Below, one piece after another: positions 1-11,955 of a DNA stretch of 64,000 nt. The notes under the pieces are model-generated. The model worked only from the letters and a program-made list of their open reading frames with translations. It was not told the origin of the DNA and did no database searches. The stretch comes from Squalus acanthias (Eukaryota). A program made the translations under genes and the position numbers. Within the stretch, counting starts at the first letter, position 1, and every line of letters starts with the position of its first letter. The DNA is taken from positions 88,412,001-88,476,000 of the forward strand of contig CM059435.1 of NCBI GenBank assembly GCA_030390025.1. Reading direction: 5' to 3'.

Positions 1-760
1 GCACCTCCTGCAATTTCTACCCTTACTTCCCTCAGCAACCTAGGATGCATCCCATCCGGACCGGGTGACTAATCCACTTTAATTACTGCCAGCTTTTCTA
101 GTACGTCCTCTTTATCTATTTTTATCTCATCCACCATCCCAGCAACCTCCTTGTTTACCATAGCTTGGGCAAAGTTCTCTTCCTTGGTAAACACCGATGC
201 AAAGTACTCATTTAGTACCTCAGCCCTGCCTTCTGCCTCCACCAATAGTTCCCCATTTTGGTCCCTAATCGGCCCCACCGCTCCTCTGACAACTCTTTTA
301 CTATTAATATGCCTATAGAAGACCTTTGGATTCCTTTTATGTTAGCTGCCAGTCTATTATCGTACTGTCTCTTTGCCCCTCTTATTTCCTTTTTCACTTC
401 TCCTCTACTTTTTATATTCAGCTTGATTCTCCCTTGTTATTATCAAGCTGACATCTGTCATTTTTCTGCTTCATCCTACTCTAACTCCTTCGTCATCCAG
501 GGAGCTCTGGCTTTGGTTGCCCTCTCTTTTCCCCTTGCAGGAATGTACCTGAACCATATTCTCTTTAAAGGTCATCCATTACATTTCTTCCTGCCAGTCT
601 TTGACTTTAATTTACTCGGGCCAGATCCCTCCTCAGTTAATTGAAATTAGCCCTCTTCCACTTAAGTATTTTTAAATCTAGATTGCTTCTTGTCCTTCTC
701 CATAACTAATCTAAACCATACGATAATATGATCATTATTCCCGAGATGCTCCCCAACTGT
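1..760 (-). mobile_element. CR1-clade LINE fragment, ORF2 between endonuclease and RT, degenerate; continues off the window edge
   Basis: Minus-strand peptides KKEIRGAKRQYDNRLAANIKG and AEVLNEYFASVFTKEE...KLAVIKVD followed by a degenerate KSPGPDGMHPR, typical of CR1 ORF2; frameshifted. Confidence 0.9.
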
Positions 761-2399
761 GATCTGCAATTACAAATAACTTTTCATTGGCCACTCTTCG
801 TTTTATTATATCCCATTTAGTTTTAAAAGGTTTGAAATTTATCGAAATACCTGTTTCCTGTTAGGAACTGGGAGTTGCTAATCAATATTGACACTTATGA
901 TGCTCCTAACCCATGCAAACACCTGTCGGTGTAAACCGAGAGTTACCATGAGATTTGAATCTCCACAGTTTTGCTGTGTTCCTCTTTGTCCCCACTTGTG
1001 TCCACATGTCAGTAGGCAGAACCAAAAATGTTTTTCTCCTAATGTAATGGTATTGATGGGTCCACTATATCTATCTGTCCAGTTCTTCCTCCTCTGTCGT
1101 TGTTAAAATAAGGCCCATCACATTGTCTCCTACTCTTATAAAATTTTCTCTTCTCATAAGGATAGTGATTTCTTGGCTGGGTTACAATTCCACAAGTGTC
1201 ACCTGCCCTCTGATGCATTATCCAGTGGTCATTATCCATATGTGAGCCTTGATGGTGAGTGTTGTAAATGATTTGACGGCATGATGCATCACATTGTGGC
1301 CTGGAACCTGCCAGAAGTTGAAAAGCTGCCAAGTTACAATCAGCCCACTTATAAAGGAGGCCAATTTCACATTTTAGTGCTCTTATGCCGGTCCAGCCGG
1401 CTTTGGCCACACATTTATAAAATACCACGTTTTTTTGCACCCCCCAGAAAGTAGGCACCAAAGAAATGTCCATACTGGTACAAGTGCCTGTCTATTTTAT
1501 GCAAATGACCTGAGCCCTGAAAATTCCAGCAGAGTTGAGCTCCTAGTTCACCGGTAGGGATGCAATTCCGGCTCCACCATAGTTACGTTGATGAAGCGGG
1601 ATAATGGATATTTGGGCCCCCTTCCTTTTTTTGGTGCTGTGACTCCCAACCACTTAACCTGCCTCTATAATGGTGGGATATAAAAAAAATGTTGCCGATT
1701 ATGCACAGGGGAATACCTGTAGTTGCAATCTTGCTTTTAGTAACCAATGCCTTGATCTGTGACCCAAGTCGCCTTTGATTGATGACCTTGGGGGCTATCG
1801 GTGTGGTAACTGTGCCAAATCCAACTTGGAATCAAAGACTGCTGATTGCTTCAGCAGTATATAGAATATAGTGCTCATAGCGACACCTCAGGATAATTAC
1901 CAAAAAAATCCCAATTACACAGCTTTCACTTCTTTCCCAGCCAAAAATCCGGTCAAGATCTGCGCGCATTGCAGCATATCTGTGATGTCATCACAATACC
2001 TATAACGTGCACTGTGCAAGCTGACCTCACGGATGCAGAGTATGTACATCTCTACCAAATATTTAGTAAGCAAACTATGGGGATATTAGGGCTTTTTTAA
2101 AAGAAATTCAGGAGAAGATGGTTGTTTTTTTTTAAACTGATTCACAGCCTGAAGGAAATTCTGGGAATTTATCGGTGGAAATCACAAGTGGGCCTGATCC
2201 TGCACTAGCCCAGTGTCCACACAGTGGTACTCACTTATCAGATCGCTGGACAGCAATCAGGAACACTGTCAGATTTCTCTGCCCCTCCCCCAGCAGTTGT
2301 GGCACTGCGAGTGTACTCCTGGACGAGACCAGCTTTGTGCACATACTGTTGCACTTAGTTATGCTCTTGGGGGAAGTGTGAGCATGAAGGTACACTGCT

Positions 2400-2580
2400 G
2401 AGGCTTGATCTGTAAATGGAGAATAGTTTATGCTTGAAACATTTAAGAACAGGTTATTTAGGTGTTTGAAGGAAAGGGGGATAAAGGGCATGGGAACAGG
2501 GCAGGCTCATGGGATTTGAACTACTGCTTGTGTAGAGGATAAACACCAACATGGACTAGTTGGGCCAAATGGCCTGTTCG
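2400..2580 (+). mobile_element. CR1 3' end remnant
   Basis: Similar to the CR1 3' UTRs elsewhere in the window (ataaacaccaacatggactagttgggccaaatggcctgtt; compare 59210-59260). Confidence 0.6.
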
Positions 2581-3447
2581 AATCCAAACGAAGACAGTGG
2601 AATGCCATATAAGGTGCTTTTACCTTATTCCAACTCCATTGGCTCTTGTCATGAGTCTTGAGCAGTCGGCAGTGATACTGGCAAATGTCAGCAAATTGCC
2701 ATTCACAAAAACTACAGCAGACACGCACTTTATTGTGGGTCTTGTGTTCTGCCGTTGGGGCTGTTTAACACACGGAGCCAGTTCAAGAGTGTTGGTTTGA
2801 AGCAGAATAACATTATGACATGATTATATTGACCCAAAGAATGAGTTAAGGGTAAGAGATCAAGTTTAGCTGCAATTTTTAGCTCTTTAAAATGCAATTC
2901 TGTATTAAACGTAAAACTTCTGATGTCATGATAGATTTTCTCCAAAGATACAAAAAATATGAACAATTTTAGGAGGAAATACTCAAAGGCCAAAATAACA
3001 CATTGAAAATATTGGTATGTGCAGGCAGGACATTTCGAGCACGAGAAACAGTCCCTGTCTAATGGAGCAGCCTCCAGAAGCCTGGAAAAAAAGTGAAACT
3101 GTCTTTGGAAAGATAGAAAAAAAGAAAGACTTGCATTTATATAGCGCCTTTCACGACCACCGGTTGTCTCAAAGCGCTTTACAGCCAATGAAGTACTTTT
3201 GAAGTGGAGTCACTGTTGAAATGTGGGAAACACGTCAGCCAATTTGCGCACAGCAAGCTCCCACAAACAGCAATGTGATGAAACCAGATAATCTGTTTTT
3301 TTTATTATGTTGGTTGAGGGATAAATATTGGCCAGGACACCGGGGATAACTCCCCTACTCTTCTTCGAAATAGTGCCATGGGATCTTTTATGTCAAAATT
3401 GAGAGGTCACACAACACCAGGTTATAGTCCAACAGTTTTATTTGAAA

Positions 3448-3489
3448 TCACAAGCTTTCGGAGCTATCGATTGCCCCTTCCTCAGGTGA
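3448..3489 (-). ncRNA. Minimal type I hammerhead ribozyme motif in the PLE terminus
   Basis: UCAC-CUGAGGA-A-GGGGC(aaucgaua)GCUCC-GAAA-GCUU-GUGA: core, stem I, stem II and palindromic AAGCUU stem III all present. Confidence 0.75.
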
Positions 3490-3732
3490 AGTAAATTAGA
3501 TACAGAATCGCCAAAGCATATATAGATAGAGAACAAAGCATGTGTACCTTACAATTGCAGACCACTAAATTAAATCATCCTGACTATCTGCCGAGGTGTG
3601 ATAAAGTTAATCAAGTCAGCCAGGAAGGTACCACATCAAAGACATAGCAAGATACAACTGAGACAATGAGGTGTAGTCGCAGGGGTTCTAACGTGTCAAA
3701 AGCTGCCGTCTGTATGTAAAACGAAAAGCTTT

Positions 3733-3778
3733 AAAATTTTTACTTTTTTACTGGGAAAATTTTTACTTTTTTACTGGG
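3733..3778. repeat. Perfect 23-bp tandem duplication inside the PLE 3' UTR
   Basis: aaaatttttacttttttactggg x2. Confidence 0.9.
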
Positions 3779-4355
3779 AATCACATCTGTGAACAAGCCA
3801 ACGACGACTTGAGTCCGGATCACGTCATGTATCGTGACATAAACCCAAGATCCCGGTTGAGACCACCTGAGAGAGCAGACAGGGCCTCGGTTTAAAGTCT
3901 CATCCGAAAGACAGCACCTCCGACAGTGCGGCATTCCCTCAGCACTGCACTGGAGTATCAGCCTAGCTTTATGTGCTGAAGTTCCTGGAGTGTGATTTGA
4001 ACCTACAACCTTCTGACTCCGAGGCGAGTGTGCTACCCACTGATCCACAGCTGACACAGAAAGGTGCGGTGTAATCTTATAGCTTACTTTTACTGCAAAG
4101 CCCCAAAGGAATGTGGCTGAGAGATTAGAAAATTTCTTCCTCCTATTGAAACTGTAGTGTTTTTGTAGGGAGGTTGTTTTACCGAGATTAAAGAATCTCA
4201 AACTGCACCCTTGCCAATAGACTGTGCAGATGTTTTGTGCCGATGCACGTGCTCTATTTACCATTTTACTCTTTATTATTTTAACTGTTTTATTTTGAAC
4301 TTTTATCAGAAGGATTAAATATATAAATAGATTCCATTGAAACTGCTAGAACAGG

Positions 4356-6079
4356 ATAGAACATAAGTAAGAGCAGGAGAAGGCCATACGGCCCCTCGAG
4401 CCTACTCCGCCATTCAATAAGATCATGGCTGATCATCGACCTCAACTCCACTTTCCCGCCCGATCTCCATATCCCTTGATTCCCCCAGAGTCCAAAAATC
4501 TATCTATCTCAGCCTTGAATATACTCAAAGACTCAGCATGCACAGCCCTCTGGGGCAGAGAATTCCAAAGATTCACAACCCTCTGTGTGAAGAAATTCCT
4601 CCTCATCTCAGTCTTAAATGGCCTACCCCTTATCTTGAGACTATGCCCCCATGTTCTAGACATTCCAGCCAGGGGAAACAGCCTCTCAGCCTCTCAGCAT
4701 CTACCCTGTCAATCCCCTTCAGAATCTTGTATGTTTCAATGAGATCCCCTCTCATTCTTCTAAACTCCAGAGAGTATAGGCCCATTCTACACAATCTCTC
4801 ATCATAGGACAGCCCTCTCATCCCAGGAATCAATCTAGTGAGCCTTCGTTGCACCGCCTCCAAGGCAAGTATATCCTTCCTTAGATAAGGAGACCAAAAC
4901 TGTGCTCAGTACTCCAGATGTGGTCTCACCAAGGCCCTGTACAATTGTAGCAAGACTTCCTTACTCTTATACTCCAACCCTCTTGCAATAAAGGCCAACA
5001 TGCCATTTGCCTTCCTTATTGCTTGCTGCACCTACATGCTAGCTTTCTGTGTTTCTTGCACGAGGACACCCAAATCTCTCTCAACACCAACATTTGAAAG
5101 TTTCTCACCATTTAAAAAATATTCTGTTTTTCTGTTCTTCCTACCAAAGTGAATAACCTCACATTTCCCTACATTATACTCCATCTGCCACCCTATTGCC
5201 CACTTACTGTCACAGTCTAAGGATAAGGGGTAAGCCATTTAGGACAGAAATGAGGAGGAATTTCTTCACCCAGAGAGTGGTGAACCTGTGGAATTCTCTG
5301 CCACAGAAGGCAGTAGAGGCCAATTCATTAAATAGATTCAAGAAGGAGTTGGATATATTTCTTAAGGCTAAAGGGATCAAGGGATGTGGGGAGAAAGCAG
5401 GGACAGGGTACTGAATTTGGATGATCAGCCATGATCGCATTGAATGGCGGAGCAGGCTAGAGGGGCCGAATGGCCTACTCCTGCTCCTATCTTCTATGAT
5501 TCTATGACTCAGTAAGTCTATCTATATCCCTTTGCAGACTCTTTGTGTTCTCCTCACAGCTTTCTGTCCCACCTAGCTTTGTATCATCAGCAAACTTGGA
5601 TACGTTACACTCGGTCATTAATATAGATTGTAAATAGCTGATGCCCCAACTCTGATCCTTGCGGCACCCCACTAGTTACAGCCTGCCAACCTGAAAAAGA
5701 TCTGTTTATCCCTACTTTCTGTTTTCTGTCCGTTAACCAATCCTCTATCCATGCTACTATATTACCCCCAACCCCATGAGCCCTAATCTTGTGCAATAAT
5801 CTTTTATGTGGCACCTTATTGAATGCCTTTTGGAAATCCAAATATACTACATCCACTGGTTCCCCTTTATCTACCCTGCCAGTTACATCCTCAAAAAACT
5901 CTAATAAATTTGTCAAACACGACTTCCCTTTCATAAGACTCTGCTTAATCATGTTATGATTTTCTAAGTGACTTGATACCACTTCCTTAACAATGGATTC
6001 CAGCATTTTCCCGACGACTGATGTCAGGCTAACTGGCCTGTAGTTCCCTGTTTTTTCTCTCCCTCCTTTCTTGAATAGC
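4356..6079 (-). mobile_element. CR1 LINE, RT domain to 3' tail, interrupted by an opposite-strand CR1 at 5209-5506
   Basis: Peptides KSCLTNLLEFFE..VDVVYLDFQKAF..SGVPQGS..LFTIYIND and RRNFFTQRVVNLWNSLP; tail atagaacataag. Confidence 0.95.
5209..5506 (+). mobile_element. Short 5'-truncated CR1 nested in a CR1
   Basis: HSLRIRGKPFRTEMRRNFFTQRVVNLWNSLP and ttctatg tail; almost identical to 35121-35416; possible ACT duplication at both junctions. Confidence 0.93.
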
Positions 6080-6129
6080 CTAAAAGAGCCACAGGTGATA
6101 AATATAGTGTACTAATAGGCTTGCTGATG

Positions 6130-6930
6130 TGGGGAAATGTGAAGTTATTCACTTTGGTAGGAAGAATAGAAAAACAGAATATTTTTTAAATGGTGCGGAA
6201 CTATTACATGTTGGTGTTCAGAGAGATTTAGGTGTCCTCATACAGGAAACACAAAGTTCACATGCAGGTACAGCAAGCAATTAGGAAGGCGAATGGCATG
6301 TTGACCTTTATTGCAAGGGGGTTGGAGTACAAGAGTAAGGAAGTCTTGCTACAATTGTACTGGGCTTTGGTGAGACCACACCTGGAGTACTGTGCACAGT
6401 TTTGGTCTCCTTATCTGAGGAAGGATATACTTGCCTTAGAGGCGGTGCGACAAAGGTTCACTAGATTGATTCCTGGGATGAGAGGGTTGTCCTATGAGGA
6501 GAGATTGAGTAGGTTGGGCTTATACTCTCTGGAGCTTAGAAGAATGAGAGGTGATCTCATTGAAACATAAGATTCTGAGGAGGATTGATAAGGTAGATGG
6601 TGAGAGGTTGTTTCCCCTGGCTGGAGAGTCTAGAACTAGTGGGCAAAGTCTCAGGATAAGGGGTCGGCCATTTAGGACTGAGATAAAGAGGAATTCCTTC
6701 ACTCAGAGGGTTGTGAATCTTTGGAATTCTCTACCCCAAAGGGCTGTGGATGTTGAATTGTAGAGTGTATTCAAGGCTGAGATAGATAGATTTTTGGACT
6801 CTAGGGGAATCGAGGAATGTGGGGATCGGGCGGGAAAGTGGAGTTGAGGTCGAAGATTAGCCATGATCTTACTGAATGGTGAAGCAGGCTCAAGGGGCCA
6901 TATGGCCCACTCCTGCTCCTAATTCTTGTT
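6130..6930 (+). mobile_element. CR1 LINE 3' fragment
   Basis: LVRPHLEYCAQFWSPYLRKDI..LYSLELRRMRGDLIET plus CR1 3' UTR. Confidence 0.95.
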
Positions 6931-7216
6931 ATTAAAAATTGTATTTTCAGTGATCTTTGTTTCCTAAAAATATGCTAAGAACCATCTAACTCACTTCCGT
7001 AAGTAGATATAAAGTAGAGCTTGGAACTCTGAATTTTGTTTATTCTGTATGGTCTAAATTATTTACAGTGGCTGATGAGTTGAATCAACGATCCTGTTTA
7101 CTGCTTGTGATATTTTATTTCTGTTTGCTTTTTTACTGTTGTATGCTAGCATAGCCCCATTAAAAAAACATCCTCAACACTGATGGACTTGGGAAAGGAC
7201 AATGATTGAAGCAATG

Positions 7217-7540
7217 TTCACAGAAGTTCACAGAAGAATCACAGTGCAGATAGAGGCCATTTCGGCTCATCGAGCCTGCACCGACACACATCCCACCCTA
7301 TCCCCGTAACCCCACGTATTTAATCCCCCCCTAACACTAAGGGTCAATTTATCATAGCCAAATCAACCTAACCCGCACATCTTTGGACTGTGGGAGGAAA
7401 CCGGAGCACCCGGAGGAAACCCACGCAGACACGGGGAGAATGTGCAAACTCCACACAGACAGTCACCCGAGGCCGGATTCGAACCCGGGTCCCTGGCGCT
7501 GTGAGGCAACAGTGCTAACCACTATGCCACCGTGTTGCCC
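7217..7540 (-). mobile_element. HE1-type V-SINE (tRNA head, V-domain, CR1/HER1-derived tail)
   Basis: V-domain tgtgggaggaaaccggagcacccggaggaaacccacgcagacacggggagaatgtgcaaactccacacagacagtcacc; B-box ggttcgaatcc on the minus strand. Confidence 0.93.
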
Positions 7541-8919
7541 GTGTTGGGGCATGCTCACTTATTTTTGTTTTTATATTTTGGTAGTGAAGTCCTAAGATCA
7601 TGAATAAAGATTGATGGCTTTTGCAGCTTTTTAAAAATCTATGCATGGTGGAAGAAATCGATCCTGTAACGTTTTTGCTCACCATATGCTGCATTTACTC
7701 ATTGAGCCACTGGTCGTCTGGCCTGTCTTTGGAACTGGACTTTGTGGTTTGAATGGAGCTTTATACATTACTGTTCTTGGAGTAAAAGTAACCCTCAAAC
7801 TGTGGACGTACCAGTTTCCTGCAAATGGAAAAATTTGGATTCATTCTTGCAAAGATCTGCTCTGACAGCTGAGAGTTTCGAAGGTGGTGAGGGAGGATTT
7901 ATTCAGAGGCTTATCAGTTTCTCCTTGGAACTTGCTAGTTTGATGCAAGTGTTTTTTCTGGGTTATTAAGCTACAAAATCTGCAGTTACAGGTGGACACA
8001 GTGATCCAGACACACCTGAATTATTTTCCAGTGTATTTGGGAATAAAATTCTAATGAAAGCAGGATTAACTATTTGTTTGCAGAATTGGAAATCACTTGA
8101 GTTAAATTTTTATAACCGGGCGTCATGAAGAACTTCTCCCCTGCAAAAGTAATCCTGGGAAACTGTCCATTTGACTTGTTAGTAAAGAATTGAATTTTAT
8201 CACCTCGACAACCATATATTAAAAAGTGTATTTTCAGCGATTGTTTACCCATCTTTGTTTCCTAAATATCTGCTAAGAAGCATCTAACTCGCTTCCCTAA
8301 ACAGTTTCTATTACATAGCAGTTTGCCGGGTTCACTGAAAACACTTATTTAAATAATTTCCTACTGTTAAGACATTTTTTGGTAATGCATTCAGTCAAAA
8401 CCTGACAACAACCACTTTATTTTTTTTAATGTGTTTAGTGCATTTACTACATCTACGAGTGATTTTTTTTTCTGTTTTTAAAACCTTGGTTCTTTCGAAT
8501 GCTGGTGTAATAAAAATCTATCATGTATATTTCTCCAAACACTGTGTCGCCTAAAGAGCTTGAGCAGCTTTTCATCAAATTTACAGATCTCTTGTATTGG
8601 CTGGAACTTGCTTAAATAGCAATTTAAAAAGGGAATAAAGCAATAAAACCTCATTATTTTGATTCCATCAGCAGTAACATCAAATTTTTTCATGTAATGA
8701 ACCATTGATTAAGTTTATTTCATTTTAAAAGCACTTTTTACAAAAGCATTTAGTAAATAATCGAAGAAATAAAATCTTATTCCCCCCCCAGTTTTAAATT
8801 AAAGCTAAAGATTGAAGCAGTTTTTACAAATAATTAACAAGGGGTGTATTCATACCAGGTTTCACCGCTTCGACCTTCGTCTGCATTGATCAACAAACCT
8901 TGCTGGTACTGGCAGAATT

Positions 8920-8939
8920 TGTGTGTGTGTGTGTGTGTG
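8920..8939. repeat. (TG)n microsatellite
   Basis: Direct reading. Confidence 0.9.
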
Positions 8940-9170
8940 GAGACTGAGCGACAAGAGAATGGAGGCAGCAGGCATTGCCTCCTTTCCTTGCCAGATCTCT
9001 TGCCTCAGCTACTTAGAAATTAGATACATTGATGTATTCTAGGATTGTAGTGACCCCATATCCAGATCATTTGCTTTTTAATGTATGTTAAATTCTTCCC
9101 CAAGCCCCACAAACCTAATGGCTGCTTCTCCTGTGAATGCATGAGTACACGCATATCAGAAAAGTGTGGA

Positions 9171-9937
9171 AACAACAACAACAGCCTGTAGTAAAACGTC
9201 CCAAGGCGCTTCACCGGAGTGTTATAAGACAAATAAAATTTTACACCGAGCCACACAAGGAGAAATTAGGGCAGATGACCAAAAGCTTGGTCAAAGAGGT
9301 AGGTTTTAAGGTGCGTTTTAAAGGAGGATAGAGAGGCGGAGAGGTTTAGGGAGGGAGCTCCAGGTCTTAGGGTCTAGGCAACAGAAGGCACGGCCACCAA
9401 TAGTTGAGCGATTATAATCAGGGATGCTCAAGAGGGCAGAATTAGAGGAGCGCAGATATCTTGGGGTTGTAGGGCTGAAGGAGATTACAGAGATAGGAAG
9501 GGGCGAGGCCATGGAGGGATTTGAAAACAAGGATGAGAATTTTAAAATTGAGGTGTTGCTCAACCGGGAGCCAATGTAGGTCAGTGAGCACAGGGGTGAT
9601 GGGTGAACGGGACTCGGTGCGAGTTAGGACACGGGCAGCCGAGTTTTGGATGACCTCAAGTTTACGTAGGGTAGAATGTGGGAGGCCAGCCAGGAGTGCG
9701 TTGGAATAGTCAAGTCTAGAGGTAACAAAGGCATGGATGATGGTTTCAGCAGCGGATGAGCTGAGGCAAGGGCAGAGACGGGCGATGTTACGGAGGTGGA
9801 AATAGGCAGTCTTAGTTATGCTGCGGATATGTGGTCGGAAGATCATTTCACAGTCAAATATGACCCCAAGGTTGCGAACAGTGTGATTCAGCCTCAGACA
9901 GATGTTCGGGAGAGAGATGGAGTCAGTGGCTAGGGAA
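9171..9937 (-). mobile_element. L2-clade LINE 3' fragment
   Basis: Peptide HAFVTSRLDYSNALLAGLP..IQNSAARVLT..ITPVLTDLHWLPV..FKILILVFKSLHGLAPSYL, with (TTG)n tail. Confidence 0.95.
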
Positions 9938-10403
9938 ACAATGAAGTATGATTTGTATTATCGAGCATATGAAAATGTTTTGGTTTAAGGCTGTGTATTA
10001 ATATTTCCACTGGTCATTCTCGTATTACTGTTGTGCTTCACAAGTTGTTCCTGAGCCCTGGGGTGGGGTAAGGATCAGGATTGGGGAAAAACAAGTAGAC
10101 GGAAATGGAATTTCAAAGTTGTATTTCCAGCTTTAAGGCCTGGTTGCATGTTTGAACCACTTGCAGCTTTGTGGGGCCTATTTTATACTTTCCTTTTTTC
10201 ACATTTGAAGAGGTTGGAATGACAAAGAAAGAACTTGTACCTTTCACGAGCTTAGCAAATGAAGTCTTTGTGAAGCTTAGCCACTGTTGTAATGTAGGAA
10301 GCATTATGTAGAAATGTAAGAAATGATTTTGCCTTTCTGTTGTAATGGAAAGGATTCATAAGTATTTCTTAACTTCTCAATTTTGTTGAAATTTTGCTAT
10401 GAC

Positions 10404-11081
10404 ATTATTTTATGGACGTGTTTATTTGCAACACGAAAAGCTCTGATTGGTCCCCTTGGTTGACAAGTCCTGATTGCTGATTGGTCCCCTTGGAGGACAA
10501 GACACACCCAGCGGTTTCTCTGGAACGTGTAATTAGATCCACCCTGCCTACGTAATCAGTGACTTTGCAAAGTGTAATTCGAGCCATTCTGACTGCCTAC
10601 TCCAGACAGAACAGAGCTCACTTGGAAATGCAGGGCTCGCCCTCGCGGGTTAAGACCTTCTCCCACCCGCAAACAAGTTCCTGCCCTCTTTTCCCCGCCC
10701 CCCCGGCCCAAGTTCCTGACCACCTCCCTCCCATCCCGGCTTCCTGACCTTCGCTTACCCCGCCCCCCCCTCCCAGATTCATGACCTTCTACCCCCACCA
10801 CACCCTAATAGATGGGGCATTGTGCGCACGCCACGGATTGTTAACAGGTTTATTGGGTATGACGTGAATAGTGACAGTGTCATGACTTCTGGATTTCTGC
10901 CAGTCTAATGATGTCACTTGCCACACATGAACCGAGCTTTCCGAGAAATCAACCAGGCCAAGGAGAAGGAGAGGGAGAACCTGGTGCGGGTGTAAAGGGG
11001 GCGGGGTTGGAAGAACGTGATCCATCTGGATCACGTTCTCGCTGTCATTCCCCCACTTTTTATACCTGGATCACATTCTCT
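10404..11081. other. Unclassified GC-rich, promoter-like element, probably repeat- or virus-derived
   Basis: Duplicated ctgattggtccccttgg (CCAAT on minus), GC boxes, repeated ttcctg, perfect 13-bp hairpin at 11012-11039, minus-strand TATAAAAA and AATAAA. Confidence 0.4.
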
Positions 11082-11313
11082 CCCCCCCCCCCCCCCCCCC
11101 CCCCCCCACATCCCCACTCTGCTCTCCATACTCTTTACCTCCCCCCTCCAATTTTTTTCTCTTTCTCTCTCTCCTTTTTCTTTCTCTCTCTCTCCCTCCC
11201 TCTGATTCCTCTCTCTCTCTCTCTCTCGCTCCCTCCGTTTCCCTCTGTCTCTCCCTCCTTCTTCGATACCTCTCTCTTCCCCTGATGCGCGCCTCTCTCT
11301 CTCTCCCTCCCCC

Positions 11314-11354
<41 letters not shown>

Positions 11355-11360
11355 CATCCA

Positions 11361-11391
<31 letters not shown>
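11082..11391. repeat. Poly-C run and compound (CT)n polypyrimidine tract
   Basis: Direct reading; accounts for the RERE and PPPP pseudo-ORFs. Confidence 0.95.
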
Positions 11392-11599
11392 TGCAGATAA
11401 TCACATCAATTCTGTGGGAAGTTTGTTTTGTTCTGCCTACAATGCATCTCTCTGTTAAAGTATCTGTGATAACCATTCTTTGTTTCTGGAGTGTTGCCTC
11501 CTGATTAACCAGAGGCAGCATGTGGTTTTTTTTTTGTCCTCTCCTCCCTTCTCTTTTTTTTAAGGCCTAACTCATTGTTGGTTTATGGTTCTATGAGCA

Positions 11600-11955
11600 A
11601 TGGGGCCCAGACCTCTTCCAGTATCTCACCTACTTGCCCATTTTTTTCAAGTGTGATCCTTGGTGAATTCTGCAGGCTATTCTTTTGCTGGGGTATTGCA
11701 GCCAATCTCAACTCTGTCTTACCTGACATTTGAACACTTGCATTTCCAGCAGGGGTTGCTGCATTGTCGTCCTAAATGGGAGTCCGAACCATTTTTAAAA
11801 TCTTTCTAACCCTGCCCCCCTCGTTCCGCCCCCCCCCCCTCCCCCCAATCTCACTGTACTGATCAAGATCAGCGAATTCAGCAAAGACTAGAAATCAAAC
11901 TTGGGAACTCCTTTATGTATATGCTTCAGCTACTCAGTAGATAAATTTTGAACCA
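11600..11955 (-). mobile_element. Old tRNA-derived SINE, same family as 52935-53300, degenerate
   Basis: Reverse complement aligns by eye with 52935-53300 (gctga.tt.gctga.ct, cccctgctggaaa, ggcca.ttgg..aggt). Confidence 0.55.

Larger units (their letters stand above)
3395..3863 (-). mobile_element. 5'-truncated Penelope-like element (ORF C-terminus plus 3' terminal repeat)
   Basis: Minus strand 3864-3820 reads GLNRDLGFMSRYMT*, the typical PLE ORF terminus. The end contains a hammerhead motif followed by AATAAA and ggactataacctggtgttgtg. No TSD. Confidence 0.85.
3121..4057 (-). mobile_element. SacSINE1-like DeuSINE (tRNA-derived head, L2-like tail), full length, split by a Penelope insertion at 3395-3863
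   Basis: Tail aaagaaagacttgcatttatatagcgcctttcacgacc, body gagagcagacagggcctcggtttaaagtctcatccgaaagacagcacc, head with A/B-box-like motifs near 3990-4050; the halves rejoin at gtc|cacc. Confidence 0.88.

Noticed and set aside
1330-1620. Possible MITE ending in ggatatttgggcccc
   Set aside because: No convincing matching left TIR or TSD found.
7470-7540. tRNA-like A/B boxes (also about 3990-4050, 40320-40390 and 55167-55240)
   Set aside because: SINE heads continuous with SINE bodies, not tRNA genes.
7383-7595. Near-identical short ORFs MDCGRKPEHPEETHADTGR here and at 55142-55324
   Set aside because: Antisense reading of the V-SINE domain, a common false protein.
10443-10501. Repeat-spacer-repeat pattern resembling a CRISPR array
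   Set aside because: Only two 17-bp units in vertebrate DNA and no cas genes.
10908-11521. ORFs with RERE and poly-Pro/Gly tracts
   Set aside because: Translations of (CT)n and poly-C microsatellites.
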